This document shows positions 42,428 through 52,320 of a DNA stretch of 64,000 nucleotides, one piece after another; the stretch's first letter is position 1, and the number at the start of each line of letters is the position of its first letter. The DNA is from Escherichia coli (lineage in GTDB: Bacteria; Pseudomonadota; Gammaproteobacteria; Enterobacterales; Enterobacteriaceae). The stretch lies in NCBI RefSeq assembly GCF_001677475.2, contig NZ_CP015229.1, one strand, 5' to 3'. A program made the position numbers and the translations under genes. The notes under the pieces are model-generated. The model was not told the origin of the DNA and did no database searches. It saw only the letters and a list, made by a program, of their open reading frames with translations.

Positions 42428-44617
42428 TTAATCAGCTAATGGCTGCGGGCGACCAATCAGATACCCTTGCAGATATTGCACCCCGAGCTTATGCAATAGC
42501 GCCTGTTGCTGTTGCGTCTCGACAAACTCCGCGACCACACTCAATGACTTCGCTTTCGCCAGATCGGTAATTGATCTCACAATCATCGCATCCAGCGTGT
42601 TCGTGACAATATCTTTCACAAAGACGCCATCAATTTTGATGATATCAGCCTGCAAACGCTTTAACCGTTCGTAGTTGGCATATCCGGTGCCAAAGTCATC
42701 AATCGCAATCCGGAAACCAAACTTATGCAGCTGCTCGATGTTGTACATGCTGCTTTCTGCGTTAGAAAACGCCTGCTCCTCGGTGATCTCAAGAATGACC
42801 GCCTGCGGGGAGATGTGATAACGCTTAAACAGACGAATAATCCGCCCGGCAATATTCTTTTGCAGCAGCGTGAGCGGCATTAAATTGACTGAAAAGCGCG
42901 GTCCTTTTTTGTCGCAAGGGTGTGTTGCCAGCCACTTCAACAAGGATTCCAGCACTTGCAAATCAAAACGCGCGCTAAGGTTAAACTGAGCAATAAGGGG
43001 CAGAAACTTATCCGGGGTCATAATGCCGCCGTCATACTTCAGTCGCGCGAGGATCTCATCATAACCTTCACCCTCTTTGTTGCGAATTGGCTGGGCGTAG
43101 AGCAGCAAATCACCCTGATCTAACGCCGTGCGAATGGTATTCAGCAATAGCACCTGTTTAGTGGTCTGCCCGGAAACCATCTCCTCTCTGCTATCCAGCG
43201 CCAGCACATGATGATGTGCACAGGATTGCTCCGCCAGCCAGCTTAACTGCCCCAACAAGGGTTGCAGGGTTTCCTGATTTCCATCAAAACGCCCCCAGGC
43301 AGCACCATAGCCCATATCCAGCCCGGTATTGTTCCAGTGAATTTGCCGACTATTCAGGATGTTAACCATATGCTGGAGTCGTCCTTCCGTTTCCGGTCCG
43401 CTCAGCACTAACAGCAGTTCACTACCCGGCAATTGATACAACTTTTCGTTTTCCTGCATCAACGGCAGCAGCGTACGGTAAATTGAGCGGATACAGTGAA
43501 CGCGCATCATTAACCCGTAATGACGACTCATAAACTCAAGATTATCAATGCGCAGGCAGCAAAAACTCTTGCCCGCCTCTTGCTCCGGCGCTTGTTCTAA
43601 CGCACGAAAGTTGGGTAGGAGCGTTAACGGATCGGTCAGCGCCTGCAAATGCCAGCGGCGATTAAGCCATTCACTGCGATGATAAATGCGCACCATATAG
43701 AGCAGGCAAACGCTAAAGGAAATCAGCACCGCAAGAATAAATGCCAGCGAATATTCGGTTTCCACCCCTTGCAAAAAGTTCTGGTTGTAATTCAGCAGGC
43801 AAAGCGTTGAAACAGCCCAGGTGAGATTTAAAAACGGATAGCGAAGCTTACCGACCCCGAGGGTAAAGATGATGAAGAAAACGGGTACCAGGTAACCGGC
43901 AATAAAGTCGTTTTCATAAGGTGTGCACAACAGAAGTAGCAGCACGCTTAACGCTGCCAGCCAGCTTAAGGTAAATGCGCGTTTCTCTTTGCCCAACGAC
44001 GGAGCGATATCCCTGCGCCACAATATCTGCGCAAAGTGGGGACTTACAATCATGCGAGTGAGATAGTAGAAAAGCATGTTGTAAATCAGCACAGCGGTGA
44101 AAAGGCTTAGCAAATCAACGACCGTGAAAATGGCATCCGCATCGCCGAAAAAGGTGGATATCTTTAGCGGGAAATCAAAGAAGCTCCCCACAAGATACAT
44201 GCTGCATTTGATGCCGATCGGCGTCACCAAACCAAGCCAGAACAGACGTTGCCAGACATATCGGCTGGTCAATCCATAACGCCAACGCGTCCCCAGCTGC
44301 CAGCGTAATATTGCGCAGGCACACAACACGACAAACGTCTGGCTGCCGAGCATGACCGCAGTCTGTAAAAAAGAGAGATGAAAGTTCCACAGATTGGTGC
44401 AAAACATCCCGCATAAAACGGGAACGACACCGCGCCAGCCAAAGATAAACAAGATTGATAGCATTACGCACAGTGGCATCCACGCCAGAAAGATATAACT
44501 GGAATGGATAATGGCAAGTGGCGAAATAAAACGGGATAGCTGAATAAGTACCACGGTGAGCGTAAACGCTAGTGTGAATATCTTGATATTTTTTATCAGG
44601 TTATGCTCCACAAACAT
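42428..44617 (-). CDS. pdeA: c-di-GMP phosphodiesterase (MASE1 membrane sensor, degenerate GGDEF, EAL)
   Basis: Start placed at MFVEHNLIKNIK (about 729 aa); C-terminal EAL domain motifs (EITE, DDFGTGY). Confidence 0.85.
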   Translation of the reverse strand: MFVEHNLIKNIKIFTLAFTLTVVLIQLSRFISPLAIIHSSYIFLAWMPLCVMLSILFIFGWRGVVPVLCGMFCTNLWNFHLSFLQTAVMLGSQTFVVLCACAILRWQLGTRWRYGLTSRYVWQRLFWLGLVTPIGIKCSMYLVGSFFDFPLKISTFFGDADAIFTVVDLLSLFTAVLIYNMLFYYLTRMIVSPHFAQILWRRDIAPSLGKEKRAFTLSWLAALSVLLLLLCTPYENDFIAGYLVPVFFIIFTLGVGKLRYPFLNLTWAVSTLCLLNYNQNFLQGVETEYSLAFILAVLISFSVCLLYMVRIYHRSEWLNRRWHLQALTDPLTLLPNFRALEQAPEQEAGKSFCCLRIDNLEFMSRHYGLMMRVHCIRSIYRTLLPLMQENEKLYQLPGSELLLVLSGPETEGRLQHMVNILNSRQIHWNNTGLDMGYGAAWGRFDGNQETLQPLLGQLSWLAEQSCAHHHVLALDSREEMVSGQTTKQVLLLNTIRTALDQGDLLLYAQPIRNKEGEGYDEILARLKYDGGIMTPDKFLPLIAQFNLSARFDLQVLESLLKWLATHPCDKKGPRFSVNLMPLTLLQKNIAGRIIRLFKRYHISPQAVILEITEEQAFSNAESSMYNIEQLHKFGFRIAIDDFGTGYANYERLKRLQADIIKIDGVFVKDIVTNTLDAMIVRSITDLAKAKSLSVVAEFVETQQQQALLHKLGVQYLQGYLIGRPQPLAD

Positions 44618-44824
44618 GAGTACACTACTCTCACTGATCGGGGTTTTCAGGCACACAAATAATAAGTTTATTCGCATCGCGAAGCAAACAGGGGCCAGCC
44701 TGTTGCCTATTTTTCATCCAATGATGCTTTCACCAGGCGGCGCTAACCCGGACGTAGACTGTATTACAAAAGCGGCAAAAAGCAGAGACAAAAAACCCCC
44801 GCTTTGCAGCGAGGGTTGGAAATT

Positions 44825-44900
<76 letters not shown>

Positions 44901-45119
44901 GTCACGTAAAGCTTGTCGAGTTGACGGGCGGCATCATATGAATTCCGCCCGAATGTGTCAACGGCAAATTGCAACGTGTAGTTTCAATCGCTGAAAAATC
45001 AGGCAAATGAACAATTTTGGAAAACCGCTCGCATTCAGTAGTTATTCATGTCACGGTTTCCTGTAAAGTGGTGTTATAAAATGAACTACTAATAGACCCC
45101 ATACATTCAGGGAATTGTT

Positions 45120-45479
45120 ATGTTCAAGGAGAGGATGACGCCAGATGAACTTGCCAGACTGACTGGCTATAGCCGCCAGACCATTAATAAATGGGTACGC
45201 AAGGAAGGCTGGACAACGTCACCAAAACCTGGCGTCCAGGGTGGCAAAGCCCGACTGGTTCACGTCAATGAACAGGTTCGTGAATATATTCGCAATGCTG
45301 AACGTCCGGAAAGTCAGGGAGAAACGCCTGCCCTTTCTGGTGATGCGCCGCTTGAAGTATTGCTGGTGACACTGGCGAAAGAGATGACGCCAGTCGAACA
45401 AAAACAGTTTACATCCTTACTTCTGCGGGAAGGGATTATCGGATTGTTACAACGCTTAGGGATTCGCGATAGCAAATAA
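45120..45479 (+). CDS. yfeC: Small putative HTH DNA-binding protein (YfeC/YfeD paralog pair, member 1)
   Basis: 119-aa ORF; N-terminal HTH-like LARLTGYSRQTINKWVRKEGW; paralogous to downstream yfeD. Confidence 0.8.
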   Translation: MFKERMTPDELARLTGYSRQTINKWVRKEGWTTSPKPGVQGGKARLVHVNEQVREYIRNAERPESQGETPALSGDAPLEVLLVTLAKEMTPVEQKQFTSLLLREGIIGLLQRLGIRDSK

Positions 45480-45480
45480 T

Positions 45481-45873
45481 ATGAAAAGATTACGCAATAA
45501 AATGACCACCGAAGAACTGGCTGAATGTCTCGGTGTGGCTAAACAAACTGTTAACCGTTGGATCAGAGAAAAAGGCTGGAAAACGGAAAAATTTCCCGGC
45601 GTGAAAGGCGGTCGTGCCAGACTTATTCTGGTCGATACGCAAGTTTGCGAGTTTATTCAGAACACGCCTGCGTTCCATAACACACCAATGTTGATGGAAG
45701 CTGAAGAGAGAATTGCTGAATACGCTCCTGGAGCACGCGCCCCGGCGTATCGACAAATCATCAACGCGATAGATAATATGACAGACATTGAGCAGGAAAA
45801 AGTCGCGCAATTTTTGTCACGTGAAGGAATTCGCAATTTCCTCGCCCGTCTCGATATTGACGAATCAGCATAA
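45481..45873 (+). CDS. yfeD: Small putative HTH DNA-binding protein (YfeC/YfeD paralog pair, member 2)
   Basis: 130-aa ORF; LAECLGVAKQTVNRWIREKGW...GGRARLILVDTQVCEFIQN parallels yfeC. Confidence 0.8.
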   Translation: MKRLRNKMTTEELAECLGVAKQTVNRWIREKGWKTEKFPGVKGGRARLILVDTQVCEFIQNTPAFHNTPMLMEAEERIAEYAPGARAPAYRQIINAIDNMTDIEQEKVAQFLSREGIRNFLARLDIDESA

Positions 45874-45875
45874 AT

Positions 45876-45915
45876 AAAAAACGGCAGGATATTATCTCCT
45901 GCCGTTTATCTTTTT
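45876..45915. terminator. Bidirectional terminator between yfeD and convergent gltX (AAACGGCAGG-ATATTATCT-CCTGCCGTTT)
   Basis: 10-bp perfect stem with flanking A/T runs. Confidence 0.6.
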
Positions 45916-45924
45916 ACACGCTAA

Positions 45925-47340
45925 TTACTGCTGATTTTCGCGTTCAGCAATAAAGGCCAGCGCTTTGTTGATACGCTCAATGCTACGTGTCTTACCGATC
46001 GCGTGAACGGTAACATCCAGTGCTGGAGACTGCCCCGCACCGGTTACGGCGACACGCAGCGGCATACCAACTTTACCCATACCCACTTCCAACTCATCCG
46101 CCGTCGCCTGAATAGCGTGATGAACGTTTTCAGCGGTCCAGTCAGTAATCGCGGCCAGTTTGTCACGAACCACTTCCAGCGGCTGACGCGCTACCGGACG
46201 CAGATGTTTTTTCGCGGCGTCGGCATCGAACTCTGCAAAATCTTCGTAGAAATAACGGCAGCTCTGTGCCATCTCTTTCAGCGTCTTGCAGCGTTCGCCC
46301 AGCAGTTTCACCAGATCAGCCAGCTGCGGGCCGTTACGGGTATCGATATTTTCCTGCTCAATGTGCCACTGTAAGTGAGTAGCAACATACTCCGGCGGCA
46401 GCGCGTTAATGTAGTGATGGTTCAGCCACAGCAACTTGTCGGTGTTGAACGCACTGGCAGATTTGCTGACGGCATTCAAAGTGAAGTATTTGATCATCTC
46501 TTCACGAGTGAAGATTTCCTGATCGCCGTGGGACCAGCCCAGACGCACCAGATAGTTCAGCAGTGCTTCTGGCAAATAACCGTCATCACGGTACTGCATT
46601 ACGCTGACCGCCCCGTGACGTTTGGACAGTTTTTTACCGTCATCGCCGTTGATCATAGAAACGTGCGCGTAAACCGGCACCGGCGCTTTCAGGGCTTTAA
46701 GAATGTTGATCTGGCGCGGCGTGTTGTTGATATGGTCTTCGCCACGGATAACATGGGTGATTTCCATATCCCAGTCATCAACAACCACACAGAAGTTATA
46801 GGTTGGGGAACCATCGGTACGGCGAATGATCAGATCATCCAGCTCCTGGTTGCTGAACTCAATCGGGCCACGGATCTGATCGTCAAAAACAACAGAACCT
46901 TCCTGCGGGTTAGCAAAACGTACAACGCACGGTTCATCATCAGCATGATGCTCATGGCTGTGGCGGCAGCGACCGTCATAACGCGGCTTCTCACCTTTCG
47001 CCATTTGTTCTTCGCGCAGCGCTTCCAGGCGCTCTTTAGAGCAATAGCATTTATAAGCAGTGCCCTCTTCCAGCATCTGATCGATCACCGCGTTGTAGCG
47101 ATCAAAACGTTTGGTCTGGAAGTACGGACCTTCATCCCACTCCAGGCTCAGCCAGTTCATGCCATCCATAATGGCTTCGATAGCTTCCGGCGTGGAACGC
47201 TCAAGATCGGTGTCTTCAATACGCAGCACGAACTCACCGCCGTGGTTACGTGCAAAAAGCCAGGAGTAAAGAGCAGTACGCGCGCCGCCAACGTGCAGAT
47301 AGCCTGTTGGGCTTGGCGCGAAGCGAGTTTTGATTTTCAT
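45925..47340 (-). CDS. gltX: Glutamyl-tRNA synthetase
   Basis: 471-aa class I aaRS with HVGG-type motif ([17 protein letters not shown]) and KMSKS-like KLSKR. Confidence 0.9.
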
Positions 47341-47553
47341 GAAATGGCCTTACGTTTAGAAAGATGCCGACAACCGGCAAATCCTGGAAAAATTGAGTGG
47401 GCGATATTCTATCACTCCCGCCTGATTCCTCAATGTAGTTCGGGTTTCTACCTTAAGCATTATTGTTTTCGTTGACAAATTGCGCAACACGGTCTGTTTT
47501 GCGATCATCTTGCTTAAATTTACGACGAACGAACAATTTCTTTAGAAAATGCG

Positions 47554-47581
47554 TTGACTCATTTTGAACTCTCCCTATAAT
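47554..47581 (+). promoter_or_regulatory. Sigma70-type promoter for the tRNA-Val/Lys operon (-35 TTGACT, 16-bp spacer, -10 TATAAT, GC-rich discriminator)
   Basis: Consensus hexamers read directly, about 18 bp upstream of the first tRNA-Val. Confidence 0.6.
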
Positions 47582-47598
47582 GCGACTCCACACAGCGG

Positions 47599-47674
47599 GG
47601 GTGATTAGCTCAGCTGGGAGAGCACCTCCCTTACAAGGAGGGGGTCGGCGGTTCGATCCCGTCATCACCCACCA
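47599..47674 (+). tRNA. valU: tRNA-Val (anticodon UAC), copy 1
   Basis: 76-nt GGGTGATTAGCTCAGCTGGGAGAGCACCTCCCTTACAAGGAGGGGGTCGGCGGTTCGATCCCGTCATCACCCACCA. Confidence 0.9.
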
Positions 47675-47718
47675 ACTACTTTATGTAGTCTCCGCCGTGT
47701 AGCAAGAAATTGAGAAGT

Positions 47719-47794
47719 GGGTGATTAGCTCAGCTGGGAGAGCACCTCCCTTACAAGGAGGGGGTCGGCGGTTCGATCCCGTCATCACCCACCA
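47719..47794 (+). tRNA. valX: tRNA-Val (anticodon UAC), copy 2
   Basis: Identical 76-nt sequence to copy 1, separated by a 44-bp spacer. Confidence 0.9.
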
Positions 47795-47798
47795 CTTC

Positions 47799-47874
47799 GG
47801 GTCGTTAGCTCAGTTGGTAGAGCAGTTGACTTTTAATCAATTGGTCGCAGGTTCGAATCCTGCACGACCCACCA
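47799..47874 (+). tRNA. lysV: tRNA-Lys (anticodon UUU)
   Basis: GGGTCGTTAGCTCAGTTGGTAGAGCAGTTGACTTTTAATCAATTGGTCGCAGGTTCGAATCCTGCACGACCCACCA. Confidence 0.9.
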
Positions 47875-47878
47875 ATGT

Positions 47879-47906
47879 AAAAAAGCGCCCTAAAGGCGCT
47901 TTTTTG
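47879..47906. terminator. Intrinsic terminator after tRNA operon (AAAAAAGCGCC-CTAA-AGGCGCTTTTTT), bidirectional with xapR
   Basis: Perfect stem with flanking A/T runs. Confidence 0.7.
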
Positions 47907-47982
47907 CTATCTGCGATTTGCGAAATTGCCTGATGCGCTTCACTTAGCAGACTACTATTTCCGGCAATTCCTGTCTCCTCAC

Positions 47983-48867
47983 CTACTGTGTCAATGCAGC
48001 CAACAGCTTAACCATCGCGGGCGTCACCTGCTGTGTTTCATAAACAATATATAAATCTGCAGGGATGCGCTGTTTGAGCGGACGGAAAATGACACCTGGC
48101 CAGTTCATTTGTGCGTAGCTGTCCGCTATCAATGTGATACCAATGCCCATACTGACCATGGCGAGTACCGTTTGCGGTTCATTAACTTCGCGAATAACAA
48201 CCGGTGAAAATCCCACCTGCTGGCAAACTCGCTGCAAAAAATCCCAGTCAGTGTACACGGGCGGCATTGTAACAAAATACTCGTCACGTAGCGCTTCCAG
48301 CGGGACGGTGGAAAATGATGAGAAATGATGCTCTTCAGGCATCGCCACCAGAAACGCCGATTCATGCAACCGTAAGCTGGTAAAACCTGCAGGTGGTTCT
48401 GTTGCCATTCGCCAGATACCGGCATCGAGTTCACGTCGTTCCAGCAGGGTCATTTGCATCGCGGGCATCTTTTCGCGAAAAAGAACGTCAACGTTAGGAT
48501 TTTCCCTGAGGAATCGCCGCATAACCGGGCGCATCCGTCCCCACATTGCCGTTCCCACTACGCCGAGTTCAATCCGCCCTGCTTCTCCCCGACCTATTTG
48601 TTCAACCCGAGCCAATACATTATTAGCATTCACCAGCAATCGACGCGATTCTTCCATCAAGATTTTGCCCGCGTGTGTCAGTACGACGCTGCGCGAATGG
48701 CGAATAAAAAGCTGCGTGCCGAGTTGATTTTCCAGCTCTTTAATATGAATACTGAGCGGAGGCTGAGACATATTTAAACGCGCTGCTGCGCGACCAAAAT
48801 GCAACTCTTCCGCTACGGCAAGAAAATAACGGAGCAACTTAAGATCTGTTCTGTATACGCGTTCCAT
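47983..48867 (-). CDS. xapR: LysR-family activator of xanthosine operon
   Basis: Start placed at MERVYRTDLKLLRYF (about 294 aa); N-terminal LysR HTH. Confidence 0.85.
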   Translation of the reverse strand: MERVYRTDLKLLRYFLAVAEELHFGRAAARLNMSQPPLSIHIKELENQLGTQLFIRHSRSVVLTHAGKILMEESRRLLVNANNVLARVEQIGRGEAGRIELGVVGTAMWGRMRPVMRRFLRENPNVDVLFREKMPAMQMTLLERRELDAGIWRMATEPPAGFTSLRLHESAFLVAMPEEHHFSSFSTVPLEALRDEYFVTMPPVYTDWDFLQRVCQQVGFSPVVIREVNEPQTVLAMVSMGIGITLIADSYAQMNWPGVIFRPLKQRIPADLYIVYETQQVTPAMVKLLAALTQ

Positions 48868-48907
48868 AATTAAGTGCTCCATATAATAAATACATCGTAT
48901 TAAATTA

Positions 48908-49069
48908 TCATGGCATAAAGTATTTCACCACCAGATATCCGACATACATAAACACAATGGATAATATACCTGGTAATACATTTGGTACAGGAATAGGCAA
49001 GCGCACGATTGTAAACAAAGCACCAATGCCAAAACCAACGCCGGAAGAAAATAAAATATCTTTCACTAA
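48908..49069 (-). CDS. Candidate small hydrophobic protein (53 codons, GTG start), unannotated
   Basis: Minus-strand ORF VKDILFSSGVGFGIGALFTIVRLPIPVPNVLPGILSIVFMYVGYLVVKYFMP with AAGG Shine-Dalgarno-like sequence about 8 nt upstream; two predicted hydrophobic segments; not in ORF track (no ATG). Confidence 0.25.
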   Translation of the reverse strand, partial: LVKDILFSSGVGFGIGALFTIVRLPIPVPNVLPGILSIVFMYVGYLVVKYFMP

Positions 49070-49118
49070 TTAACCTTTATCATAAAAGCAGCTCTGAAGA
49101 GCAGAGCTGCGAATCCTT

Positions 49119-50375
49119 TTAATGAGCCACCGCTCGATGCTTTATCTTTTCAGGGTCATGATTATATTTAAACCCAAAGAAAAATATCACTGCGAGAAAA
49201 AGAGCATATCCTGCAAACACCAGCCAGATAGTTTGCCAGTCTTTTACGCCATCCACCGAAAAGTAATCTACTGCCATACCGCTCAGAATCGAGCCAATCC
49301 ATGCGCCGACACCATTTACCATGGTCATAAAGAGCCCCTGCGCGCTGGCACGAATGCTGGAATCAACTTCCTGTTCGACAAATACCGAACCAGAAATATT
49401 GAAGAAATCGAATGCACAGCCATAAACAATCATCGACAGCAGCAGCAAAATAAATCCGGTTGTTGACGGATCGCCATAGGCGAAGAAGCCAAAGCGCAGC
49501 GTCCAGGCCACCATACTCATCAGCATGACGGTTTTAATTCCAAATCGCTTTAAAAAGAATGGGATAGTCAGTATAAAGCCCACTTCTGCCATCTGTGAAA
49601 CCGACAGTAAAATGGAGGGATATTTCACCACAAAACTGTCAGCAAACTCCGGGTTACGGGCGAAATCATGTAGGAACGGATTACCAAAAACGTTGGTAAT
49701 TTGCAGTACCGCACCCAGCATCATGGCAAAGAGGAAAAAGATGGCCATGCGTGGATTTTTAAACAGCACGAAGGCATCCAGACCCAGCTTGCTGGCAAGC
49801 GATGTGGTCGTTTTTTTCTCCGCAACCGGAATCTTCGGCAAAGTCAGCGCATAAGCCGACAGCAGCAATGACGCACCGGACGCGATATACAGCTGCAGAC
49901 TACTCAATTCCAGATGCAGCAGGCTTACTGCCCACATCGCGACAATGAACCCCACCGTACCAAAAACGCGAATGGGCGGGAAAGCGGTCACCGGGTCAAG
50001 CCCTGCCTGGGCAAGACAGGAATAAGAGACGCTGTTCGATAACGCAATAGTCGGCATAAACGCCATCGCATTGACTAACATCACCCAAAACATCATATCC
50101 GGATCAGTTACGGATGCCGCATAAAAAAGTACGCCCGCACACACCAGGTGACATAGCATGTATGCACGTTCTGCGCGCAGCCATTTGTCTGCGATGATCC
50201 CCATTATACCAGGCATAATAATCGCGGCGATCCCTTTGGAACTGTAAACCATGCCAACATTAGCGCCGGTGAAATGAAGGGTATTAATCATGTAAGAACC
50301 GAGGGTAACCAGCCAGCTCCCCCAGATAAAATATTGCAAAAAGGACATTACCTTTAAGCGCAAAGCGATGCTCAT
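49119..50375 (-). CDS. xapB: Xanthosine:H+ symporter (MFS nucleoside permease)
   Basis: 418-aa MFS ORF. Confidence 0.9.
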   Translation of the reverse strand: MSIALRLKVMSFLQYFIWGSWLVTLGSYMINTLHFTGANVGMVYSSKGIAAIIMPGIMGIIADKWLRAERAYMLCHLVCAGVLFYAASVTDPDMMFWVMLVNAMAFMPTIALSNSVSYSCLAQAGLDPVTAFPPIRVFGTVGFIVAMWAVSLLHLELSSLQLYIASGASLLLSAYALTLPKIPVAEKKTTTSLASKLGLDAFVLFKNPRMAIFFLFAMMLGAVLQITNVFGNPFLHDFARNPEFADSFVVKYPSILLSVSQMAEVGFILTIPFFLKRFGIKTVMLMSMVAWTLRFGFFAYGDPSTTGFILLLLSMIVYGCAFDFFNISGSVFVEQEVDSSIRASAQGLFMTMVNGVGAWIGSILSGMAVDYFSVDGVKDWQTIWLVFAGYALFLAVIFFFGFKYNHDPEKIKHRAVAH

Positions 50376-50435
50376 AATCGTTTCCTTGTCGCATCATATG
50401 GCCTCACTCAGTGAGGCCGTTTATTGTTGTTTTAC

Positions 50436-51269
50436 TCAGGCAATTTTGCGCAGAAAGCCGCAAATAAGATTAATAAAGTTTTGCTTTGAGAGTTCCGCTG
50501 CTGCCAGCGTTTGGGCATGAGAAAGCTTCACGTCACTCAGACCTTCCGCCATGTTGGTAATCGCAGAGACCGCAACGACTTTAAGGTCGCAATGGCGAGC
50601 TGAAATAACCTCAGGCACCACAGACATACCAACAACATCCCCACCAATAATTTGCATCATGCGAATTTCCGCCGCAGTCTCGAAATTCGGCCCCGGATAC
50701 GAGACGAACACGCCCTCCGTCAGAGAGAAACCCTCTTCTTTTGCCACTTTTTGTAACAGTGCGCGGTATTCCGCATCGTAGGCATTTGCCAGTGAGAAGA
50801 AACGCTCGCCAAAACGATCATCGTTAAGACCCACCATCGGCGTACCTGGCATGGCGTTGATATGATCTTTCAATGCGACCAGGCTGCCTGCCCCCACTTC
50901 CGGACGCAGCGAGCCTGCCGCATTGGTGCAGAACAGTAGCTCGCAGCCCAGCAGCTTAAAGGTACGAATTGCGTCAGTCATAATGGTCATTCCACGACCT
51001 TCGTAGAAATGTCCGCGACCTTTCATACATACCACCGGTACGCCCTGGAGATGGCCCAGCACTAACTCCCCCGCATGACCATGTACCGTACTTACCGGGA
51101 AGCCCGGCAGCTTTTCGTAGGAAATTGCGACAGCGTTCTCAATCTGATCGGCCAGCGCGCCCAGCCCGGAACCTAAAATAAAGGCCACTCGTGGCGTGAA
51201 ATCAGGTTTATAAGTCTTGATAATATCTATGCAAAACAGCGGGTTATGAGAAAATTGAACCTGAGGCAT
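50436..51269 (-). CDS. xapA: Xanthosine (purine nucleoside) phosphorylase II
   Basis: 277-aa PNP/MTAP family ORF. Confidence 0.9.
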   Translation of the reverse strand: MPQVQFSHNPLFCIDIIKTYKPDFTPRVAFILGSGLGALADQIENAVAISYEKLPGFPVSTVHGHAGELVLGHLQGVPVVCMKGRGHFYEGRGMTIMTDAIRTFKLLGCELLFCTNAAGSLRPEVGAGSLVALKDHINAMPGTPMVGLNDDRFGERFFSLANAYDAEYRALLQKVAKEEGFSLTEGVFVSYPGPNFETAAEIRMMQIIGGDVVGMSVVPEVISARHCDLKVVAVSAITNMAEGLSDVKLSHAQTLAAAELSKQNFINLICGFLRKIA

Positions 51270-51517
51270 ATATATCCTTTTTCTGTAGGGTGGAATCTAA
51301 CGCCTTTTTATAGCGAGGTTGTCCCGGCTCTTACCAATACACTTTTCTCACGCATTCAATAGCGATTCGATATCGATGGATTTATATCTTTTCTCTATTA
51401 ATCCACGGTAAAAACTGTATTGGCGATATTAATTCCTTTGCATTAACAATATGTCGTTTTTAGCAAACCACTTTATTAAGCAATCTACTAATAACGATCG
51501 GCATAGGGAATTATGCT

Positions 51518-52282
51518 ATGAAAAAACATCTTTTAACTCTGACACTTTCCTCTATATTAGCGATACCTGTTATATCTCATGCAGAATTTAAAGGCGGTTT
51601 TGCAGATATCGGCGTGCATTATCTGGACTGGACCAGCCGGACTACCGAAAAATCGTCGACCAAATCACACAAAGATGATTTTGGTTATCTTGAAATTGAA
51701 GGTGGCGCTAACTTTAGTTGGGGAGAAATGTACGGGTTCTTCGACTGGGAAAACTTCTATAACGGTCGCCATAATAAACCAGGTAGCGAGCAGCGTTATA
51801 CCTTTAAAAATACCAACCGTATTTACCTGGGTGACACCGGATTTAATCTTTACCTGCACACGTATGGCACCTACGGGTCTGCGAATCGTGTGAATTTCCA
51901 CGACGATATGTTCCTGTACGGTGTCGGCTACAATTTCACCGGCAGCGGTTGGTGGTTCAAACCGTTCTTTGCTAAGCGTTATACAGATCAAACCTATTAC
52001 ACTGGCGACAACGGCTATGTCGCCGGCTGGGTTGCAGGTTACAACTTTATGCTGGGCAGCGAGAAATTCACTCTTACCAACTGGAACGAGTACGAGTTTG
52101 ACCGTGACGCTACCTATGCAGCGGGTAATGGCGGTAAAGAAGGGCTGAATGGCGCAGTTGCACTGTGGTGGAATGCAACATCACACATCACTACGGGGAT
52201 TCAGTATCGATATGCGGATGACAAACTGGGCGAAGATTTTTACCAGGATGCGATAATCTACTCCATCAAATTTAACTTCTGA
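51518..52282 (+). CDS. yfeN: Putative outer-membrane beta-barrel protein
   Basis: 254-aa ORF with signal peptide and C-terminal aromatic residue (F); alternating-hydrophobic beta pattern. Confidence 0.75.
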   Translation: MKKHLLTLTLSSILAIPVISHAEFKGGFADIGVHYLDWTSRTTEKSSTKSHKDDFGYLEIEGGANFSWGEMYGFFDWENFYNGRHNKPGSEQRYTFKNTNRIYLGDTGFNLYLHTYGTYGSANRVNFHDDMFLYGVGYNFTGSGWWFKPFFAKRYTDQTYYTGDNGYVAGWVAGYNFMLGSEKFTLTNWNEYEFDRDATYAAGNGGKEGLNGAVALWWNATSHITTGIQYRYADDKLGEDFYQDAIIYSIKFNF

Positions 52283-52320
52283 TTGATTCCTGCCGGGGCT
52301 CCCGGCAGTATGAATTCACT

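Noticed and set aside
46003-47475. Plus-strand ORFs of 123 and 366 aa
   Set aside because: Antisense to gltX (glutamyl-tRNA synthetase), whose minus-strand frame has unmistakable class I aaRS motifs.
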